Assembly: GCA_963782525.1 (NCBI GenBank)
Contig: CAWAKC010000005.1
Location: 57,385 to 121,384, forward strand
Reading direction: 5' to 3'
Source of the DNA: Candidatus Bathyarchaeota archaeon
GTDB taxonomy: Archaea; Thermoproteota; Bathyarchaeia; Bathyarchaeales; Bathycorpusculaceae
Length of the DNA: 64,000 nt
In this document: one piece after another, positions 58,520-64,000 of the stretch
Layout: each line of letters opens with the position of its first letter
How positions within the stretch are numbered: position 1 is the first letter of the stretch
Made by a program: the position numbers and the translations under genes
Notes under the pieces: model-generated
Told to the model about the DNA's origin: nothing
Databases searched by the model: none
What the model saw: only the letters and a program-made list of their open reading frames with translations

Positions 58520-59872
58520 CTATTCGTATCGGAGGGCTTCTACTGGCTTGAGTTTAGACGCGCGCCATGCTGGGTAGAGTGCGAATATTACACTGACTCC
58601 GACACCGAACGCTAAAGCACCCACCAGCACCTCGGGAGTTAATAGAGGCGTTATTCTAAATCCGCCGCCACTACCGAAAACTCCTGAACCTAATACTTGA
58701 GCAGTAATGTTTGCTAAGATCCAACCAAGTATTATACCGACAACTGCGCCGATTAAGCCGATTATTACTGATTCGCCAAGAAAGATAGTCAACACTGTTC
58801 TGCTTTTCATGCCCAAGGCTTTGAGTATGCCGATTTCACGAGTACGCTCAATTAATGAGACAATCATGATGTTCATTATCCCGATCCCTGCAACCAACAG
58901 GGAGATTGCTGCGATGCCGCCCAGGAATAATTGTAGCAGACTGAAGATGCTTGTAAGCAAACCCAGAACTGCCGTCGAGGATATAACGGACACTTGGTTG
59001 CTAAAATGGTCCGTTATAACTTTGGTAACATTAGTTATCGTTGCGTTGTCGCTGTTCTTTAAAGTGACTATTATCATGTCGCATTGGTCGGTTCCGAAGA
59101 AGCTTTCAGCCTTGTCCAATGGAATGTAAACACCCGTGTCTGATGGTCCACCGATACCGAAACCGCCGATTCTGGGAAGAACACCTGAAACGTCTGCTGT
59201 GTAAGTTTCGTTGACTGGAGGCAACACAGTTGCGTTTGTCCAAGTTAGGTTGATTGTGTCGCCTGCGCCGAAGAATATTGTGCCGTTTTGTCCTGGCTGA
59301 TTTATGCGAGTTCCGACAACGACTTGATTATCTGAGGGATTTGTAGGTATAGTTCCGCTTGCAGCTACAAAAGTAGTGGTATAGACTTTTGAGTAATTGT
59401 TGAAATCTACGCCGTAGATGTTTACGGTGCGGTTCAAGTTGTTAGTTTGTACATATCCTGATCGGCTTATGATTGCGATTGAACTTACAATATCATTTGA
59501 TAATGCATCAATATCGCTTGTGTAGTTGACGTAGAGTTTGAAACCTGAGTTATCTGTGGTTCCACCTCCAAAGCCTCCGCCTCCAGCACCTCCTCCGCCC
59601 CCGCCGCCGAAGCCGCCTCCACCGTTGCCTGCCCCGCCTCCGCCTGTTGCTCCACCAAGAAAGCCGCCGCTGCCCGGCGTCACAATTAAAGTGTTAGCAG
59701 ATAAGCCTTGGTTGAGTTGGTGGGTTATAGTTGCTTGCAAGCCCTGAGTAATCGACAGCAAAGCTACTATTGCCGCAATACCTATGATAACTCCTAATGT
59801 GGTCAATGCAGCACGGAGTTTGCGAAGTTTGATAGCGCTAAACGAGTAACCGAAAATATCTACAATCTTCAT
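58520..59872 (-). CDS. MacB/FtsX-type ABC permease
   Basis: LTTLGVIIGIAA, GIMNIM..ERTREIGILKALG, YPAWRASKLKPVEALRYE. Confidence 0.95.
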   Translation of the reverse strand: MKIVDIFGYSFSAIKLRKLRAALTTLGVIIGIAAIVALLSITQGLQATITHQLNQGLSANTLIVTPGSGGFLGGATGGGGAGNGGGGFGGGGGGGAGGGGFGGGTTDNSGFKLYVNYTSDIDALSNDIVSSIAIISRSGYVQTNNLNRTVNIYGVDFNNYSKVYTTTFVAASGTIPTNPSDNQVVVGTRINQPGQNGTIFFGAGDTINLTWTNATVLPPVNETYTADVSGVLPRIGGFGIGGPSDTGVYIPLDKAESFFGTDQCDMIIVTLKNSDNATITNVTKVITDHFSNQVSVISSTAVLGLLTSIFSLLQLFLGGIAAISLLVAGIGIMNIMIVSLIERTREIGILKALGMKSRTVLTIFLGESVIIGLIGAVVGIILGWILANITAQVLGSGVFGSGGGFRITPLLTPEVLVGALAFGVGVSVIFALYPAWRASKLKPVEALRYE

Positions 59873-60567
59873 TCTTTATTCACCACTTCAGATGTTATTT
59901 CACCATCAAACATTTGTACGGTCTTAGATGCTTCCCGAGCTAAATGTTGATCATGAGTAACCATAATTATGCTAACTTTGTTTTCCACATTGAGTTTCTT
60001 AATTAACGACAAAACTTCGTTAGCCGTTTTGGAATCCACGTTTCCTGTGGGTTCATCGAGCAAAAGGAACTTAGGGTTGTTAGCGAGCGCACGTGCAATG
60101 GCGACACGTTGCTGTTGTCCTCCACTGAGTTCAGCGGGTTTGTGGTTGACGCGATCTTTCAAGCCGACTGTTTCCAGAAGCTCAATTGCTCGATTCTTTC
60201 TTTCAGCTTTGCTCATGTTAGCTATCGACATGGATAATTCCACATTATCTTTTGCCGTTAACCTCGGTATCAGGTTAAAGAATTGGAAAACAAACCCGAT
60301 TTTAAGTCTTAACTCTGCAAGCTGGTTATCGTTCAGTTTGCCGATGTCTACTCCGTCAATTAGAAGTGTACCTGAAGTTGGTTTATCTAAAGCGCCAATC
60401 AAGTTCAGCATGGTAGATTTGCCGCTCCCTGACGGACCAAGGATAGCAAGGAAATCACCTGTTTCAACTTTGAGGTTTACTCCTCGAAGTGCTTCCACCG
60501 GGACTTTTCCTAGCATGTAAGTTTTTGTGACGTTGGTTGCTTCAACGACTGGAATTGTTTTTGACAT
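59869..60567 (-). CDS. MacB/LolD-type ABC ATP-binding protein
   Basis: GPSGSGKS, LSGGQQQRVAIARAL, DEPTGNVD. Confidence 0.95.
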   Translation of the reverse strand: MSKTIPVVEATNVTKTYMLGKVPVEALRGVNLKVETGDFLAILGPSGSGKSTMLNLIGALDKPTSGTLLIDGVDIGKLNDNQLAELRLKIGFVFQFFNLIPRLTAKDNVELSMSIANMSKAERKNRAIELLETVGLKDRVNHKPAELSGGQQQRVAIARALANNPKFLLLDEPTGNVDSKTANEVLSLIKKLNVENKVSIIMVTHDQHLAREASKTVQMFDGEITSEVVNKE

Positions 60568-60667
60568 TTTGTTTCACTTCTTTATTGAATATTTGATTTA
60601 ACAGGAAAATAGCGCCTTCTTATAAATGATAGCTAAATTGTAAAAAAGAAAAAGGGTGTTTTTGCCC

Positions 60668-61513
60668 TTACTTGTTGAGGTATCTCCAGGACAGGATAAT
60701 GCATATAGCTGTGACAACGGCTGCGAAGATACCTACAACCGCAAAGTCAAGTGGTAGAGGTCCGAAGCCGTCACTGAATACCATGAGTCTTCGTACTGCA
60801 TCGATTGTATAGGATATGGGGTTGACGCTTGCGATTGTTTGAAGCCAACTGGGCATTTGGGCAATGGGGAAGTAGGCGCTGCTTGCAAACATGAGTGGTA
60901 GCGTTATGAGTTGAAAGATTGCTTGCGGCATCTCCATTCTTGTTGCTCGCAATGTTAATGCCGTGAAGAACGATGATAAGCCAACGCTGATTAGGAATAC
61001 TATGGCGAATACTCCAAAGAGGCTTAATGCGCTAAAGTTACTTCCTGTGGTTATTCCTAAGGCAAATGCTACGACCATAACGATGGCTGCTTGGAATAGT
61101 GCTCGAATGCTTGCAGCGAATACTTTGGATAGGATTATAGCTGACCTTGATACTGGCGTGCTTAACACTTTGTTCATGAATCCTAAGCGTTTATCCCAAA
61201 CCACCGACATACCGACGAATGCCGTAGTGAAAACTACTGTGAATGCAACCATGCTCATGGACATAAATGAGAAGTAATCTGGCGTCCCAAACGTATGCAT
61301 CATAACTACTTTGGGATCTATTCCTGGAATGCCTGTTACGATGTTGCCTATGTTCATCGCTTTTCCTAGTAAAGCTAACCATAGAATTGGCTGCAGAATT
61401 CCCATAGCCAAAACGAAGGGTTGTTGATACCATTTTTTGAGCTCACGATTAGTCAGTGCCCAGAGTCCATGGAGTTTGCTCTTTGAGTACTGTACTTCTT
61501 CTTGGTTGCTCAT
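60668..61513 (-). CDS. ABC-2 type exporter permease
   Basis: WDKRLGFM, NPISYTIDAVR. Confidence 0.92.
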   Translation of the reverse strand: MSNQEEVQYSKSKLHGLWALTNRELKKWYQQPFVLAMGILQPILWLALLGKAMNIGNIVTGIPGIDPKVVMMHTFGTPDYFSFMSMSMVAFTVVFTTAFVGMSVVWDKRLGFMNKVLSTPVSRSAIILSKVFAASIRALFQAAIVMVVAFALGITTGSNFSALSLFGVFAIVFLISVGLSSFFTALTLRATRMEMPQAIFQLITLPLMFASSAYFPIAQMPSWLQTIASVNPISYTIDAVRRLMVFSDGFGPLPLDFAVVGIFAAVVTAICIILSWRYLNK

Positions 61514-62529
61514 TGTCTTGCTCTCCTCATTGCCATTCTCTGCGCCATAACCCCTTCACGTGACTCTTCCGCATCCCGCATGGATTTACCGGTGTATTGT
61601 AGGTAAACTTCGTTTAGGGTTGGTTTTGTCATGGAAAGTTTGGTTACGATGTGGTTGTTGTTTCGTAGAGCTTCTATGATCAGGGGTGCAGCTAATTCTC
61701 CGTTGGCAGCTTTAATAATGTAGGAACCGTTTTGTTTTTTGACTTCTTTGACATGTTCGATTTTGCCGATTAACCCTGTGATGTCTTCGTCTTTTTGGAT
61801 TGACAAAGTTATGATGTCGCCGCCTAAGCTGTCTTTTAGTTCTGTTGGGCTGCCGATTACGACGATTTTGCCGTGGTCGATAATGGCGATGCGGTCGCAA
61901 AGTGCATCTGCTTCTTCAAGGTAATGGGTTGTCAGGAAAAGGGTCATGCCAAATTGCTGTTTAAGCATCTTCACATAGTTCCATGTTGCTGCACGGGTTT
62001 GTACGTCTAAGCCTAACGTTGGTTCATCGAGGAACAGCACTTTGGGGCGGTTGATTAAGCCACATGCTAACTCGAGTCTTCTACGCATTCCACCTGAAAA
62101 GGTTTGGACCCGCTTATCTTTGAACGCTGTTAACTCGACGAGGTTCAGCAGGTCTGAGGCTCGTTTTTTGGAAACGGAACGTGGAATGCCATAAAGGTCA
62201 GCGCATAATAGGATGTTTTCGATGCCTGTTAAGTCTTCATCTGCGGTATATTCTTGGGGAACAACGCCGATTGACCCTCGAACATCCATGGTTTGGTTTG
62301 TGATGTCGCCCCCCAGAATGGTGGCTTTTCCTTCGGTTGGCCGCGTAATTGTTATGAGCATTTTGATGGTTGTGGTTTTTCCTGCGCCGTTGGGGCCTAG
62401 GAATCCGAAGATTTCGCCGCGTTTGACAGTGAAGTTTATGTGGTCCACGGCGGTTAGGCTGTGGTTGAAGACTTTGGTTAAGCCTTCTACTTTTATGATG
62501 TCTTCATTTTCCCTCATGCTTGCTTTCAC
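61510..62529 (-). CDS. ABC exporter ATP-binding protein (DrrA-like)
   Basis: GPNGAGKT, FSGGMRRRLE, LDEPT, THYLEEAD. Confidence 0.95.
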   Translation of the reverse strand: MKASMRENEDIIKVEGLTKVFNHSLTAVDHINFTVKRGEIFGFLGPNGAGKTTTIKMLITITRPTEGKATILGGDITNQTMDVRGSIGVVPQEYTADEDLTGIENILLCADLYGIPRSVSKKRASDLLNLVELTAFKDKRVQTFSGGMRRRLELACGLINRPKVLFLDEPTLGLDVQTRAATWNYVKMLKQQFGMTLFLTTHYLEEADALCDRIAIIDHGKIVVIGSPTELKDSLGGDIITLSIQKDEDITGLIGKIEHVKEVKKQNGSYIIKAANGELAAPLIIEALRNNNHIVTKLSMTKPTLNEVYLQYTGKSMRDAEESREGVMAQRMAMRRARQ

Positions 62530-63127
62530 TTTTCAGTTTGTTGTTTATTTCATCAATTTTCTGTGCAGCTTCGTTGAGAATTTTTAATGCTTCGTCGAGG
62601 TCTTTTTCAGAATAGTTTTCCCTCAAAGTTTTACCGAGCTTTATTGACGAAAACAAAAGTCCCTTCATAGAGGCTCGGATTTGATTTGTTTTTTCCTCCG
62701 GTATTTTGCTAAAGAACCTGTCAAAGAAGGGGTTCGTCATAAATCCCATGTCAGTTCTGAATTTTTCTCGGATTTTTGTCTGCTCTTCAAGGAGGTCTTT
62801 GCCGCTTTGGGTTAATTCGTAGCGTTTGAACCCATTTTCGATGGGCAACTCTTTCACGTAAGCGTTGTCTTGGAGCCATGCGAGGAGTGGATAGATGGAG
62901 CCTGGGCTGGGTTTCCAGTTGCCGCCTGTGTGTTTTTGGATTTCATCCATGAGTTCGGACCCAGACATTGATTTTTGGTTTAGGGCTTCTAGGACGTGGT
63001 AGCGTAGGAAGCCTTTGGGGACCATGGCGTTGTGGCGTAGCCAGTTTCGCCTGTGGAACATCATGTGCTTCTCTTCGCGCATATCATGTTTCATGTTTTT
63101 GTAATCTTCTTTTTCTTGGTCATTCAT
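62504..63127 (-). CDS. PadR-family transcriptional regulator
   Basis: PKGFLRY.VL, WKPSPGSIYPLL, KRYELTQSG; start set at MNDQE. Confidence 0.92.
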   Translation of the reverse strand: MNDQEKEDYKNMKHDMREEKHMMFHRRNWLRHNAMVPKGFLRYHVLEALNQKSMSGSELMDEIQKHTGGNWKPSPGSIYPLLAWLQDNAYVKELPIENGFKRYELTQSGKDLLEEQTKIREKFRTDMGFMTNPFFDRFFSKIPEEKTNQIRASMKGLLFSSIKLGKTLRENYSEKDLDEALKILNEAAQKIDEINNKLKSESKHEGK

Positions 63128-63131
63128 TTCA

Positions 63132-63184
63132 ATATCACTATCGATATCGCTATTGATTATCGCCATCGATATCACAAGTGATAT
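63132..63184. promoter_or_regulatory. Tandem operator array upstream of padR
   Basis: ATATCACTATCG-ATATCGCTATTG-ATTATCGCCATCG-ATATCACAAGTG-ATAT abutting ATTTAAAT. Confidence 0.7.
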
Positions 63185-63277
63185 TTAAATTTGTTCCCAA
63201 ATCTTCCCAAATATGGAAGTAAAACACACCAAATCCCGAAAAACATGACAAACCAAAAAAAACAAACAGAACAAAAA

Positions 63278-63961
63278 TTAAGTTATAACTGTTCCAACAT
63301 TTTCGCCCTTAATAGCCGCCAACATATTCTCAGGCACAAACCCATTCACAACGATAATTTTCAACCGTTTTCGCATCAAAACCTTAATGGCTTCAGGGTC
63401 AATAATCTGGTGAATTCCAGCTTTGTGCTCGTTGTGCTCGAAGACTTTAGCTAAATCTTCAATTGATAAACGGTCAAGTTTTACGGCGTTTGAGTGTTTT
63501 CTGGGGTCTTTGTCGTAGACTCCGTTTTGATCTGTGCCCTTCACTAGCAACTCTGCATTAACGCGCTCTGCAACTAGTGCTGCAACTGTGTCAGTGGTGA
63601 TTCCAGGCTTCAAACCGCCCATAACAACAACCTTACCTTCGCATAGGCATTGAGCTGCATCGTCAAGTGTTAAAGCAACTTTACTGCAGGCAACATCGCC
63701 TAGTTTTTTGAGGAACAACTGCGCAAAGAGGCGTGAACAGGAAATGGCGATCTCATCTTGCCCATTCATATCCAATCCCAAGTTTTTGGCTATGCCGATA
63801 AATTCACGTGCTAAAGCGCCGCCACCTAAAACTACAGCAACTTCGTGTCCTTGCTGTTTTACGGCTTTGATTATGTCAGCGTATTTGCTCATTAAGTCCG
63901 TGTTGATTGGGTTAGCAACGACTGAACCGCCTATTCGTACAACGATGCGCATGATTTTCAC
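63278..63961 (-). CDS. pyrH: Uridylate kinase (archaeal)
   Basis: RIGGSV, GGGALAREFI, PGITTDTVAA, GVYDKDP, IDP. Confidence 0.93.
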   Translation of the reverse strand: MKIMRIVVRIGGSVVANPINTDLMSKYADIIKAVKQQGHEVAVVLGGGALAREFIGIAKNLGLDMNGQDEIAISCSRLFAQLFLKKLGDVACSKVALTLDDAAQCLCEGKVVVMGGLKPGITTDTVAALVAERVNAELLVKGTDQNGVYDKDPRKHSNAVKLDRLSIEDLAKVFEHNEHKAGIHQIIDPEAIKVLMRKRLKIIVVNGFVPENMLAAIKGENVGTVIT

Positions 63962-64000
63962 TCTTATTGGCTAACAATGCGTTTTGAAGTTAAAAATCTT

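Noticed and set aside
59560-59680. GC-rich (CCG/CCT)n tract as a mobile repeat or Pro-rich gene
   Set aside because: Encodes the poly-Gly linker of the MacB-type permease on the - strand
1-64000. CRISPR array, rRNA, integrase, reverse transcriptase
   Set aside because: No regularly spaced repeat-spacer series, rRNA-like sequence or matching catalytic motifs seen by eye

Overview
Archaeal chromosomal window, most likely Bathyarchaeia (TACK). This is inferred from gene content (archaeal IleRS, Trm1, single-OB SSB, NurA/HerA), TATA-like promoters and frequent TTG starts. Two mostly housekeeping/transport blocks (1-22.9 kb: ileS, GT4, MoxR AAA+/VWA pair, trm1, proC, radical SAM, aspartate kinase; 43.1-64 kb: SSB, several ABC exporters, HIT, NurA-HerA, NUDIX, pyrH) flank a ~20 kb decayed composite island downstream of tRNA-Ala(CGC). 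The island is marked by copies of the tRNA 3' end at 23003 and 29161 and a tRNA-Ser-like remnant at 33683. It holds a shattered phage terminase pseudogene, a complete IS1182 with TIRs, TSD and a DUF2080 passenger, a single-chain PriS-PriL fused primase, stress cargo and several micro-ORFs missed by the ORF track. The most notable signals outside the island are a 158-nt G.U-rich rod-shaped ncRNA candidate divergent from the MoxR/VWA operon, a stand-alone protein resembling the plant DCD domain, an orphan contractile tail-sheath gene, a stand-alone NurA-HerA pair with a divergent wHTH gene, and a four-unit PadR operator array. No CRISPR array or rRNA was seen. All family calls come from motif recognition by eye; no searches were run.
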